From: an uncultured Erysipelotrichaceae bacterium
Lineage (GTDB): Bacteria; Bacillota_I; Bacilli_A; RFN20; CAG-826
Direction: 5' to 3'
Length of the DNA stretch: 64,000 nucleotides
Assembly: GCA_900314585.1 (NCBI GenBank)
Contig: OMVV01000002.1
Coordinates: 80,961-144,960 of the forward strand
Part shown: positions 9,073-18,792 of the stretch, in pieces
How positions within the stretch are numbered: position 1 is the first letter of the stretch
Layout of the letters: the number at the start of each line of letters is the position of its first letter
Program-made: the position numbers and the translations under genes
The notes under the pieces: generated by a model
Told to the model about the DNA's origin: nothing
Databases searched by the model: none
The model's input: only the letters and a program-made list of their open reading frames with translations

Positions 9073-9681
9073 AACAATCCAAATTGCTAAAACGACAAGG
9101 ATAATTCCACCGATTAAATTGGCGACCTCGTGTCGTCCTTTTAATAACTTGTGAATTTGCTTCGCTAAGATGATACCAACAATACAAATTGTAAATGTGA
9201 TCACCATAATAATTGAAACATGTAACCAGACAGTTACATTAGTGGATAAGTTAGCATGTAAAACGAAACCAGTTGCCAAGGCATCGATAGCGGTTGCAAT
9301 ACCCATAACAAACACTTCTTTATAAGAGAAAAGTTTTCGATGTTCAACTCTTTCTTTGTTCATTTGAATCATAGATTCAATAACCATCTTTCCACCAATA
9401 ATTATTAGTAGGCCAAATGCCACCCAAGTAATAACGAGTGAAAGTACTTTTGCGGCTTCAATTCCACCTTGTTCACCAACAAAGTAAATAACAATTTCAA
9501 GAAGCCAATATCCGATCAAAGGCATCAACGCTTGTAAAACAGCGAAAGTTCCTGCGATTAGACAAGATTTCTTTTTGTTTAAATCAGTATAAATAAGTCC
9601 ATCAGTAATAGAGACCGCGAAAGCATCCATGCTTAAAGCAATGCCAAGTAAGATGATTTTGATAATTATTTCAAACGACAT
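9052..9681 (-). CDS. mntP: Manganese efflux pump MntP family
   Basis: IALSMDAFAVSI and second repeat IATAIDALATG; GGIILVVLAI. Confidence 0.9.
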   Translation of the reverse strand: MSFEIIIKIILLGIALSMDAFAVSITDGLIYTDLNKKKSCLIAGTFAVLQALMPLIGYWLLEIVIYFVGEQGGIEAAKVLSLVITWVAFGLLIIIGGKMVIESMIQMNKERVEHRKLFSYKEVFVMGIATAIDALATGFVLHANLSTNVTVWLHVSIIMVITFTICIVGIILAKQIHKLLKGRHEVANLIGGIILVVLAIWIVLSYYFI

Positions 9682-11069
9682 TATTTTACCTTCTTAGAGT
9701 GATATTTTGCTTCAGTAGAAACAATAGGTACTGCGATAAAGGCAGTTAGGATAGCAAAGCCATATGTTCTTGGGAAGATAAAGAAGCCACTTTCAATGAT
9801 TGAATAAATGAGTGAGAAAACGATCAACATAAGCGAAAGCACCATCAAACCTCGATTATTTTTGAGATTTTTGATTGCCATATAAATGAGCATTCCAAGG
9901 ATAATTAGAACAACAACTAGCATCAAAATGCCACCATTGCCAAGATATTCAAGTGCAGCGTTATGAGTGGAAGTGTTGTTATTTGGCCTTGCGCTTGTTG
10001 GATCAGTAACGTTAAAACGAATCAAGATTTCGCCAAATAAATTAAAACCAACACCCGTAAACCAGTTTGCCAAATTGATTGATTCAATTGTTCGCATCCA
10101 AATCCATGAACGAGAATGAATCGATCTAAAGTTATAGCTTTCAAGCATGAAATCGATAAAGTTATCTAAGTTATTGGTTAAAACTAAAACAACAGTTGTG
10201 ACAATAATCGATGTTACAAATATACCAGCAATCAAAGATGCAGTAATAATCTTTCGTTTACGAGTTTTGCCATATTTATCTAAAAGATAATAAACAAGAT
10301 AAGCGAGGAATAATAACAATACTGAAATGGTTAATGTTCGGCAGTTTGTCATGAAGATATTCACGTATAAAATAACCATTGGGATAAAAAAGAACCAACG
10401 TTTATAGAAGTGGTGTAGATAGATCAATGCGATAAACGCTACTGAAAGCATAATCGCAAATACATTTGAATTCATGAATACCGATTTTGGGAATCTCATA
10501 AATGCATGATCAATCACAAAATAGTTTTGCCAGAAGTTTGCATAGCAATCCCAATCAACAACAAAGGAAATCACCATGAATATTGAAATAATTGTCAATG
10601 TTACAAAGGCGACAACTTTCAAGAATTCATCTAATTCGAATAGTTGATATCCAAAATCAATTAGGACAAAACACGTTAAACAAAGCACCAGCGCTTCTAA
10701 CGAGAAAATTAGTCTTGTTTCTAAATCGATATAATATGTGAAAGCATATGTTCCACCTTCGATTCCATCGAAGACATAATATCCATAATCTTTAAATGTT
10801 GCGATACCAACGATATTACCAACCGCTACTATTAAAAATAGTGATAACAAAATCAAATTCGGTTTATATTTCTTACGGAAAATGTTTATTAAAAACAAAG
10901 TAACTAAGCTAACTAAAAAGATGCCAGTATATAACCTAACATCGTTTCCAGTGAACTTTTGAGTAGGGTTATCACCAAAAAGTACTTCACCATTACAAAT
11001 AAACAAACCAGCAGTGATGGTTAATAGATATAAAAAGTAATTTCCAATCTTAGCAATCTTCCCAGCCAT
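9681..11069 (-). CDS. O-antigen ligase-like membrane protein
   Basis: About 12 TMs; SRSWIW, FTGVGF, HNAALEYLGNGGI motifs of the Wzy_C/O-antigen ligase family. Confidence 0.75.
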   Translation of the reverse strand: MAGKIAKIGNYFLYLLTITAGLFICNGEVLFGDNPTQKFTGNDVRLYTGIFLVSLVTLFLINIFRKKYKPNLILLSLFLIVAVGNIVGIATFKDYGYYVFDGIEGGTYAFTYYIDLETRLIFSLEALVLCLTCFVLIDFGYQLFELDEFLKVVAFVTLTIISIFMVISFVVDWDCYANFWQNYFVIDHAFMRFPKSVFMNSNVFAIMLSVAFIALIYLHHFYKRWFFFIPMVILYVNIFMTNCRTLTISVLLLFLAYLVYYLLDKYGKTRKRKIITASLIAGIFVTSIIVTTVVLVLTNNLDNFIDFMLESYNFRSIHSRSWIWMRTIESINLANWFTGVGFNLFGEILIRFNVTDPTSARPNNNTSTHNAALEYLGNGGILMLVVVLIILGMLIYMAIKNLKNNRGLMVLSLMLIVFSLIYSIIESGFFIFPRTYGFAILTAFIAVPIVSTEAKYHSKKVK

Positions 11070-11144
11070 AGATACTATTTTACAATAGTTTATATAAAGT
11101 TAAAGAACGAACCTTGAAAAGATTCGTTTTTGGAAATTATTTAA

Positions 11145-12101
11145 TTATTGTTTTAACTTTCTAAGAAGCTCTTTTTCTTCTTTAGGCAAGTCAACTTCAA
11201 AACTCTTACCACTTAGATAAGATAATTTGCCATCAAGAGATTTAAAACCAAGTGAGCAAGAGTGCAAAAATTGATTTTCAAATTTATATTTTTCTTTAAC
11301 GAATTTGTTGAGCGAAAAATCACCATATTTTGAGTCACCAACAACAGGGTAATTTTCACTAGCTAAATGGACACGAATTTGATGAGTTCTTCCTGTCAAT
11401 ATTTGAACGCGAACTAGTGTGAAATCTCCGTAAAACTCGATTGGTTTAACAAAAGTAAGCGCACTTTTTCCGGATTTAGAAATGCGCACAATTCCTGTTT
11501 TTTCATCTTTCAAAAGTGGTGCATTGATCTCTAAATTTTTGGTTAATTTTCCTTTAACTAACGCCATATATTCTTTAACGATATTTTCTTTATTTTTGAA
11601 GAGATCTTCTAATTGTTGAAGACTTGTTAAATTCTTAGCAAAAACGACTAATCCTGATGTATTACGGTCAAGTCGATGAGCAGGAGCAGGGGTGAATCCT
11701 TTTTGAGAAGGATCATATTCTCCTTTGAAATATAAGTAATTCAAAACATCATTTGTAAGAGTGTTTGATTTTTCATTGATATCTCCATGAACCAAAAGAC
11801 CACGAGGTTTATTGACAATGATGATGTTTTCATCTTCGTAAACGATTTCATGATTGAGATTAGCCTTTTTGACTTCTTTTGACTTACTGAACTCTTCCAG
11901 TTGAGCGTCAGTGATATAGATCGATAATTCATCCCCTTCTTGAAGGATATAATTCTCTTTTACCCAATGCTTGTTAATTTTGACATCTTTCTTTCTAAAT
12001 AATTTATAAATAAAAGATAAAGGAGCCTCGTTAAGATACTTCTTTACAAACTTGTCAACACGTTGATTTGAATCTTTCGATGTAATAGGGACTAAAATCA
12101 T
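11145..12101 (-). CDS. RluA-family pseudouridine synthase with S4 domain (RluC/D-like)
   Basis: QRVDKF, VNKPRGLLVH, HRLDRNTSG, TGRTHQIRVH. The ORF-track extension to 12224 runs through the tRNA, so true start taken as 12101. Confidence 0.93.
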   Translation of the reverse strand: MILVPITSKDSNQRVDKFVKKYLNEAPLSFIYKLFRKKDVKINKHWVKENYILQEGDELSIYITDAQLEEFSKSKEVKKANLNHEIVYEDENIIIVNKPRGLLVHGDINEKSNTLTNDVLNYLYFKGEYDPSQKGFTPAPAHRLDRNTSGLVVFAKNLTSLQQLEDLFKNKENIVKEYMALVKGKLTKNLEINAPLLKDEKTGIVRISKSGKSALTFVKPIEFYGDFTLVRVQILTGRTHQIRVHLASENYPVVGDSKYGDFSLNKFVKEKYKFENQFLHSCSLGFKSLDGKLSYLSGKSFEVDLPKEEKELLRKLKQ

Positions 12102-12151
12102 ACAAATATGATTATACTTTAATTTATTTTCTTGTATAATACTAAAAGCAC

Positions 12152-12242
12152 GGAGGATTACCCAAGAGGCTGAAGGGGCGGGCTTGGAAAGCTCGTAGGT
12201 GCTGAAAGGTGCGCTAGGGTTCAAATCCCTAATCCTCCGCCA
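12152..12242 (+). tRNA. tRNA-Ser(GGA)
   Basis: GGAGGAT acceptor, anticodon arm CGGGC-TTGGAAA-GCTCG, long variable arm, GGTTCAAATCC, encoded CCA. Confidence 0.96.
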
Positions 12243-12256
12243 TTTCGATTGTCAGG

Positions 12257-12283
12257 ACACGTACAAAAAAGTGCGTGTTTTTT
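12257..12283 (+). terminator. Terminator after tRNA-Ser(GGA)
   Basis: ACACGTAC-aaaaaa-GTGCGTGT plus T-run. Confidence 0.65.
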
Positions 12284-12336
12284 CATATTTTTAACCATTG
12301 CTACCAAGTTATGAATTATTATTAGAAATAGGAATA

Positions 12337-13638
12337 ATGAAAAGACATACATTCTTAGTTAAACAAAGATTAAGAGTAGGATTATCTCAAGCGGATGTTG
12401 CTGCTAAATTAGGTTATTCTGCTCAACTAATTTCGCTTTGGGAAAAAGGAAAAGCGGTCCCTGATTTAAGCGTCGCATCAGCGTATGCCTCGATTTTAAA
12501 AGTCGATTTGGCTGGTTTTATTAATTGTAAAAACCACCATACCAATCCAAACTGCGATAATCATATTTTTAATATTGAACAATTCGCGACATATTTTAGA
12601 TTTTTAAGAAAAGACAAGAAACTACTTCAAAGTGAAATTGCTAAAAAATGCAAAACCAACATCAAAACGATTTCTTCTTGGGAGAATGGCTTTTCAACTC
12701 CATCGATTGATAATTTTAAAAAATTATGCGTAATCTTTCACGTCTCGTTTGATCAATTTTATTTTGGAAATAACAAAAATATCCAACCAGTCCCTCTGAT
12801 GAGAAAGAAAATTGTTATTCCGATATTTGTGCCAACTATTGTTTTAGTGTGTGTTGGTGGTGCTGGAACTGGAGTTGCGATTCAAATGAATGCCAATCGA
12901 AAAGCCGAACACACCACACCTCAACTATCAACATCTGTGCCAACATCATCTCCAGCGTCGACCTCAACACCAGCACCAACATCAACATCGCTAGAACATG
13001 TTCATATTTTTTCAAAAACAACACTTTTGCCAACCTTTGAAGCTGATGGCAAAACAACCTATGTTTGTGATGGCTGTGGTTATTCTTATGAAGAAACAAT
13101 TCCTCATTTAGAGCATAACTATGATCCAGATTGGACATGTAATAAACATTATCACTATCACAAATGTTTAGATGACGGTTATGAGCATCTCGTTAGCAAC
13201 AAAGAAGAACATTCTTTTTCCGGAGAAACGATTGGTTTAGTAACTACGTATACTTGTGGTGAATGTGGCTATAGCTTTGATACATCTGACGATATCGCGG
13301 TTTTAGATATTTATAGCGAAAGCAACAACTTAATCTTTAGTATGTCTAATCCTGAAGACTTCTTTGTCAAAGTGCTCAACCCAAGTAAACACGATCCATA
13401 TAGTTCTTCTTACATTATCGAAATGGTATCAGGAGGAGACGGTTTAGTATCTGTTTCCTCTGGTGCCTTGTTATTAAGTGAAGTAGATGAAGATTTCACT
13501 ATATTTAGAATTCCAAGCACATTCTTCCTCGGGATATCTTTCATACAATATCCTAATACAGTATTTGATTTTTACTTTGCTCACATTAATTCGAAAACAG
13601 TCACATGCGATAAATATCGAATTACCGTAATTGACTAA
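12337..13638 (+). CDS. Membrane-anchored regulator: two tandem XRE HTH domains, TM helix, S/T/P linker, extracellular Cys/His-rich domain
   Basis: LSQADVAAKLGYSAQLISLWEKG and LLQSEIAKKCKTNIKTISSWENG; TM IVIPIFVPTIVLVCVGGAG; PTSSPASTSTPAPTSTS; CDGCG and CGECG motifs. Confidence 0.82.
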   Translation: MKRHTFLVKQRLRVGLSQADVAAKLGYSAQLISLWEKGKAVPDLSVASAYASILKVDLAGFINCKNHHTNPNCDNHIFNIEQFATYFRFLRKDKKLLQSEIAKKCKTNIKTISSWENGFSTPSIDNFKKLCVIFHVSFDQFYFGNNKNIQPVPLMRKKIVIPIFVPTIVLVCVGGAGTGVAIQMNANRKAEHTTPQLSTSVPTSSPASTSTPAPTSTSLEHVHIFSKTTLLPTFEADGKTTYVCDGCGYSYEETIPHLEHNYDPDWTCNKHYHYHKCLDDGYEHLVSNKEEHSFSGETIGLVTTYTCGECGYSFDTSDDIAVLDIYSESNNLIFSMSNPEDFFVKVLNPSKHDPYSSSYIIEMVSGGDGLVSVSSGALLLSEVDEDFTIFRIPSTFFLGISFIQYPNTVFDFYFAHINSKTVTCDKYRITVID

Positions 13639-13756
13639 AATCCAAAATATTTGAGAAAAACCCCATCCATTTGATGGTCTTTTTCTGATACATAAGCGAA
13701 TATAATTTTGTCGACATATATGGCTAGCTTATTCATTTAGAAAGTAGGTTAAATAC

Positions 13757-13981
13757 ATGAAAGTAAATAAGGTGCAGGCAATCATCTATATGTTTTCGTT
13801 GCTACAAAAAAGCAAAAAGATAACAAAAGATGTAGTTTGCCAAAAGATTTTAATAAGCGATGTCTCTTTTAGAAGATATATTCAGGAAATACGCGCATTT
13901 TTAATCAATTTTAATGAACCTTATGAATTGATTTATCTTAAAAAAGACGATGCATATTTATTAAAAAAAATATCAATTTAA
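13757..13981 (+). CDS. Small stand-alone HTH protein (resembles the N-terminal HTH of WYL/DeoR-type regulators)
   Basis: KITKDVVCQKILISDVSFRRYIQEIR...Y.YLKKDDAYLL; SD AGTAGG. Confidence 0.65.
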   Translation: MKVNKVQAIIYMFSLLQKSKKITKDVVCQKILISDVSFRRYIQEIRAFLINFNEPYELIYLKKDDAYLLKKISI

Positions 13982-14039
13982 GTTGTGTATCAATTTTAAG
14001 CACACACACTATTTAAAATTACAAATGGAGGATATTTAG

Positions 14040-14276
14040 ATGAAAAGATTTAGAAAAACACTTATGACTCTAGCGTTTTCTATGGCGCTTTGCCTTGGTG
14101 GATGCAGTTCCCATAAATGTGATTATTGTGGACAAAAAGCAACCTGGAAAGCACAGGAAACATTCCTAGGCGAACCAATGGGTGACCCCGTTTATGTTTG
14201 TTCAGATTGCAAAAGATTAGGCTATGGCCCAAAAGCATCTATAACAGGAAATAGAATTACTTGGACACAAATCTAA
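14040..14276 (+). CDS. Small lipoprotein with CxxC...CxxC motif
   Basis: Lipobox LGGC; CDYC and CSDC; SD GGAGG. Confidence 0.7.
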   Translation: MKRFRKTLMTLAFSMALCLGGCSSHKCDYCGQKATWKAQETFLGEPMGDPVYVCSDCKRLGYGPKASITGNRITWTQI

Positions 14277-14288
14277 CGAGGCAATATT

Positions 14289-15182
14289 ATGGAAGAATTA
14301 TCACTTCAAAGCTTGGAAAAAAGAAAAGAAGAGCTGCAAGAAGAAATTAGAAGTAATGTCAGTAGACATAAGAAACCAGTTCTCCCAATAGTCTTTATGG
14401 GAATCTCGTTCCTTGTTGCTCTTATCTTCTTAATGATTTTTATAGCAACTACAAAGATTGCTTTCATAGTTGTAACAGTAATCTTTGTGGTCATTGGACT
14501 AATTTTATTGTTCATAATGATTGCAATTATAAACGGGAATAAGCCAATCAATTTAGAAGTCGCTAAATGTCGTAGAGAATTGAGTGAAGTAAATAAAAAG
14601 ATTGATTTTTGTCATATGAATCAACCAACTCTGGATAGCAAATCTAATGAGACCAAAAGTTCAGTTACATCACCTTCTTCTAACACCAAATATGCCGAAA
14701 GTGAGACTGGTGATCAAATCGTCTTCAAAGGCGTTAGAGGTGCTCAAAAGGTTTTGGATGTTTATGAAGATAGAATCGTTCTAACTCAAATTCAAAATGT
14801 TCGTTCTTTCTTTACACATGACCTTTTCAAGGGATCAAAAGAAATTTATTATGCGGATATGACCTCAATTCAAATGAAGATAGCTTCAGGTTTTATCCTT
14901 GGTTATATTCAATTTGAAGTCCCCGGAATTCACTCTCGCGACAATTTTACAAGCGAAAATAGTTGGACTTATGATACAAGTTTGCAAAGCAAGGCAAACG
15001 AAATTGCGGCCTATGTTAAGAAAAAGATTTCTGAATTTAAAAGAGGAAAAGGCGGCGTCACGACCGTAGTGCAAAATCAAGCCTCGGTTGCAGACGAGAT
15101 CGCTAAATTTAAGAAACTCCTCGATGACGGCGTTATTACTCAAGAAGAATTTGAAGAGAAGAAAAAGCAACTTCTCAAATAA
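14289..15182 (+). CDS. Two-TM protein with PH-like (DUF4429-type) domain and C-terminal SHOCT domain
   Basis: KEIYYADMTSIQMK.ASGFILGYIQF; C-terminal SVADEIAKFKKLLDDGVITQEEFEEKKKQLL. Confidence 0.85.
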   Translation: MEELSLQSLEKRKEELQEEIRSNVSRHKKPVLPIVFMGISFLVALIFLMIFIATTKIAFIVVTVIFVVIGLILLFIMIAIINGNKPINLEVAKCRRELSEVNKKIDFCHMNQPTLDSKSNETKSSVTSPSSNTKYAESETGDQIVFKGVRGAQKVLDVYEDRIVLTQIQNVRSFFTHDLFKGSKEIYYADMTSIQMKIASGFILGYIQFEVPGIHSRDNFTSENSWTYDTSLQSKANEIAAYVKKKISEFKRGKGGVTTVVQNQASVADEIAKFKKLLDDGVITQEEFEEKKKQLLK

Positions 15183-15191
15183 GGAGTTTAT

Positions 15192-15698
15192 ATGAAAAGA
15201 CTTATTAGTTTATTTGCACTTTTTCTGTTAGCTTCATGCAATAGCTACACAACATCATCAGGAGTTATGTCCACAACTTCAACAAGCGGCTCTGTTCCAA
15301 CATCTAATTACGCTTTTATGGAAAACAAATTTTACATTGTACATGTCGAACACGATTCTGGGTCTCTTGCCCCAGAAGGAGCGACATTCTATATAAGCAC
15401 GAGCGGAGAATATTCGAAATTCACCACCAAGGGTGTTCAGAAGTATGACTCAAACGATCAATTAATGGGTGAATGGAATGTTTATTATTTCTATAACAAC
15501 ACGTATTACCTAGATACGTATTTAGATGTTAATGGCACGCATTCTTCTGATTATTCAAAATTTTTCGTTATTTCAGATGATTTAATAATTGGAGAACCAA
15601 AAAGTAGCAACACCAGTACATATAATTACCATCAAAATAGATTTGTCACCATAGAATTTGCTAATAACAATAATATTGAAGTTCGTAGCTACAGCTAA
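15192..15698 (+). CDS. Hypothetical lipoprotein
   Basis: Lipobox LASC, Ser/Thr linker, SD AGGAG. Confidence 0.75.
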   Translation: MKRLISLFALFLLASCNSYTTSSGVMSTTSTSGSVPTSNYAFMENKFYIVHVEHDSGSLAPEGATFYISTSGEYSKFTTKGVQKYDSNDQLMGEWNVYYFYNNTYYLDTYLDVNGTHSSDYSKFFVISDDLIIGEPKSSNTSTYNYHQNRFVTIEFANNNNIEVRSYS

Positions 15699-15714
15699 GC
15701 GTTACAACCAACAC

Positions 15715-15740
15715 AAAAGATCGAACAATCGATCTTTTTT
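15715..15740 (+). terminator. Terminator closing the islet
   Basis: AAAAGATCG-aacaat-CGATCTTTTTT. Confidence 0.7.
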
Positions 15741-15899
15741 ACAAAAAATTTGACATTTTTTCTATACGAAAGATTTTTTATCCAGGTCCGGAGTGAGTTT
15801 TTATTAATCTTTATTAATGAGTGCGTACATTGAAATTTTAGCTTTATTATCGATTCACATATTAAATGCATAAAACCCATATCCGGTTGATAGCATCTT

Positions 15900-15937
15900 G
15901 TCAACTTTGTTGACTTAAATCATAGAGTGTTTTATAA
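15900..15937 (+). promoter_or_regulatory. Promoter of the priming glycosyltransferase operon with overlapping palindrome
   Basis: TTGACT (15910-15915), 16 bp, TATAAT (15932-15937); GTCAAC-ttt-GTTGAC palindrome at 15900-15914. Confidence 0.6.
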
Positions 15938-15971
15938 TCGCTTCAGCGATATCGAATTTCAGGTCTACAAA

Positions 15972-16631
15972 ATGAAAAACAAACGTATTCCAACTTTCGA
16001 AATTACAATTGAAGTTAATAACAAGTTATCTTATAGAATAATTAAAAGAGCATTTGACATTTTACTATCCTCTTTAGGTATTATTCTTTTATCTCCTTTA
16101 TTTTTAATAATCGCGATTTTAGTTAAGACAACCTCAAAAGGTCCAGTCTTCTATGTTTCTGATCGTATTGGTCGTAACGGATATACCTTTAAATTTTATA
16201 AGTTTAGATCAATGAACGTCGATGCTGACGAACAATTAATTAAACTCTTAAAACACAACGAAGTTGAAGGTGGTGTTACTTTCAAAATGGAAGATGACCC
16301 ACGTATCACCAAATTTGGTAAATTTATCCGCAAAACCTCGTTAGATGAGCTTCCACAACTCTGGAATATTTTCCTTGGTCAAATGACAATTGTTGGCCCA
16401 CGTCCATGTACAGTTCGTGAATTTCACCTCTACGATGAACGTGATCAACAACGTTTAGCGGTTAAACAAGGTCTTACCGGTGAATGGCAAGTTAATGGTC
16501 GCTCCAACACAACATTCAAAGAAATGATTGAGATGGACATCCATTATTGTGCTGCTCGTTCAATTTGGTACGACACCAAAATCTTCTTTAAAACATTCTT
16601 AGCAGTCTTCAAGAAAGAAGGTGCTCATTAA
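15972..16631 (+). CDS. Priming sugar (phospho)transferase, Bac_transf family (EpsL/CpsE-like)
   Basis: KRAFDI, F.FYKFRSM, DPRITKFGKFIRKTSLDELPQLWNI..GQM..VGPRP, GLTGEWQV.GR. Confidence 0.93.
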   Translation: MKNKRIPTFEITIEVNNKLSYRIIKRAFDILLSSLGIILLSPLFLIIAILVKTTSKGPVFYVSDRIGRNGYTFKFYKFRSMNVDADEQLIKLLKHNEVEGGVTFKMEDDPRITKFGKFIRKTSLDELPQLWNIFLGQMTIVGPRPCTVREFHLYDERDQQRLAVKQGLTGEWQVNGRSNTTFKEMIEMDIHYCAARSIWYDTKIFFKTFLAVFKKEGAH

Positions 16632-17692
16632 TGCGTATTCTTCATGTTCTTAAAACTGGTACTATCGGTGGCGTCGAAAAGATGTGTCTCGATATTGCTA
16701 AAAAGTGCCCAGAGCATGAATTTTTATTTATAAAAGATGTTGGATCTATTCCTGAGGAAATCCGTAAAGTTGGCAATAAGGTTTATACCTTCTTCCCAGA
16801 AAAGAAGAAATTAACTTGGCGATGTGCGCATATCGCTCGTAGAAGAATCGATAAGATGATTTATTACAATCGTTATGATGCGATCGTTTTCCATCATGGA
16901 TCAAGATTCCTCTGGTCTCTTGCTAGATACATCAAGAGATATTTCTCTTTCTTAAAGGTATTCCTTTATATCCACTCTGACTCACAACTTGTTCTTTCAG
17001 AAGAGCAAACTGGTTTTAGAAATCGTCGTCGTAAACTTGTTCGCGCTGCTGAATCGGTTAACGGCATTTTAGCAATTTCAAACTCTGCCAAAGAAAGAAC
17101 AATTGAGATTCTCCCTCAATTAAAAGATAAGATTCACGTTGTCCATAACGGCGTCGACTTACAAGAATTTTCTTGCAAAGGACTTAAGAATTTTCATAAT
17201 CCACTTCGTTGTATTTATGTTGGAAAGATTTCCCAAGATAAAGGTATCCTTAATCTAATCGTTGCGTTCAATAAATTTGAAAACGCAACATTAACTGTTG
17301 TTGGTATGGGTGATGTTTATGATGAATGTCAAAAACTCGCTAACGAAAATGTCAACTTCATTGGTCGTCGTGCTAATGTTGCCCGTTTATTAAACTCACA
17401 CGATGTCTTTGTTCATTTCCCACTTCTTCATGAAGGATTTGGTATCTCAATTGTTGAAGCGATGGCAAAAGGTCTTCTTTGCATCACTAATAACAAAGGT
17501 GCGCTTCCTGAAATCTTAGAAGATGGTAGGGGTGGAATTATTCTCAATTCCTTAAGCGAACTTGAAGGCACTTTAAAGAACTTAGATGAAGAAAAAACCC
17601 GAAAATTGCGGGAAAATGCCTTAGAAATCTCTAAGAAATACTCGATTGATAATACAATTGAAAATCTCGAAAAAGTTTGTCGAGAATTCTAA
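16631..17692 (+). CDS. GT4 glycosyltransferase
   Basis: GGVEK, VVHNGVD, YVGKI...KG, EGFGISIVEAMAKG. Confidence 0.9.
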   Translation: MRILHVLKTGTIGGVEKMCLDIAKKCPEHEFLFIKDVGSIPEEIRKVGNKVYTFFPEKKKLTWRCAHIARRRIDKMIYYNRYDAIVFHHGSRFLWSLARYIKRYFSFLKVFLYIHSDSQLVLSEEQTGFRNRRRKLVRAAESVNGILAISNSAKERTIEILPQLKDKIHVVHNGVDLQEFSCKGLKNFHNPLRCIYVGKISQDKGILNLIVAFNKFENATLTVVGMGDVYDECQKLANENVNFIGRRANVARLLNSHDVFVHFPLLHEGFGISIVEAMAKGLLCITNNKGALPEILEDGRGGIILNSLSELEGTLKNLDEEKTRKLRENALEISKKYSIDNTIENLEKVCREF

Positions 17693-18792
17693 TTTTTAAT
17701 AACTTCTTCTCGATACGTATCAGCAGTATCGGGATTATATACTTCTGAAATCCACATCACTGTATGTGAATTTTTTTTGCCAACATTTGTAATTTGATGT
17801 GTATAGCCGACTTTAATTTCAACTGGATGAGGTTTATCACCCGAAACGCGATCTTTTAACAATTCATTTGTTTTGATATTACGTTGAATAATTTCACATT
17901 CACCAATAACGGTGTAAAAGATTTCTTTCTTATAGGTGTGGTAGTGGCCGCCTTTACAAATTCCTGGGTAAGAAACATTGTCAGAGATTTGGCCCCATTT
18001 CTTAGATTTATAAAGTTCTTCAAACCAACCTCTATCATCTTTTGCATAGTTAAATGAATTACCTTCATCCGAAAGATAATCACAAAATGTCTTAAATAGC
18101 TTCAATTCAAATTCATCATGAATGAGTGGAAGGTGTCTTTCTGATTCAATTTCGCCTTTAAAGTAATAAAGTAAATCAGCAAGTTTTCCTAAAGAACAAT
18201 CAAAGATTGGTTTAACGGATTGTATCTCTTTCTCGCCTTTATAATTACCTGATTTAATAACGTTAATAAAATCTTCAACAATGTCATCAACATAGTTATA
18301 GTGAACAACATAATTGCGGTCACGAATTTCGATAGGGAGATTGTGAGCGATGTTATAACAAAATGTCGCACAAGCGGAGTTATAGTTTGGTCGACCCCAC
18401 TTACCAAAGACATTTGCTAAACGATAAACATAGACAGGAAGACCAGAATCAAATAAAAGATCTTCCGCCATTTTCTTGGATTTTCCATAATCATTATCAA
18501 GTGATGCTTGAATCGAACTAGACATGATAATGGGAATAGATTTCTTTAATTCTTTAATGGTGTCGATTAACTTCTTAGTGAAATTTGTATTCCCATCATA
18601 GAATTCTTCCACTTTTAATGGACGATTTATTCCCGCGAGGTGAACAACGAAATCTGCGAGATTTACAAAGTTTTTTAAATCTTTGTCACTATTATTAAGA
18701 TCGTATTCAAGAACCTCAAAACCTTCTCTAAGTAGTTGTTTAGAGACATGCTTTCCTAAAAATCCTTTTGCGCCAGTGACAAGTATTCTCAT
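17689..18792 (-). CDS. fnlB: UDP-2-acetamido-2,6-dideoxy-beta-L-lyxo-4-hexulose reductase, CapF/FnlB/WbjC type (SDR plus cupin)
   Basis: GAKGFLG, HLAGINRP, YGKSK, NVFGKWGRPNYNS, C-terminal D.RG.F.E...KGGHYH cupin. ATG 18792 overlaps the fnlC TGA. Confidence 0.9.
   Translation of the reverse strand: MRILVTGAKGFLGKHVSKQLLREGFEVLEYDLNNSDKDLKNFVNLADFVVHLAGINRPLKVEEFYDGNTNFTKKLIDTIKELKKSIPIIMSSSIQASLDNDYGKSKKMAEDLLFDSGLPVYVYRLANVFGKWGRPNYNSACATFCYNIAHNLPIEIRDRNYVVHYNYVDDIVEDFINVIKSGNYKGEKEIQSVKPIFDCSLGKLADLLYYFKGEIESERHLPLIHDEFELKLFKTFCDYLSDEGNSFNYAKDDRGWFEELYKSKKWGQISDNVSYPGICKGGHYHTYKKEIFYTVIGECEIIQRNIKTNELLKDRVSGDKPHPVEIKVGYTHQITNVGKKNSHTVMWISEVYNPDTADTYREEVIKN

Noticed and set aside
12102-12224. 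N-terminal extension of the RluA-family ORF
   Set aside because: Runs antisense through tRNA-Ser(GGA); family-typical sequence starts at 12101.
15695-15904. 69-aa minus-strand ORF in the intergenic gap
   Set aside because: TTG start without RBS, overlaps the terminator and promoter region, no motif.
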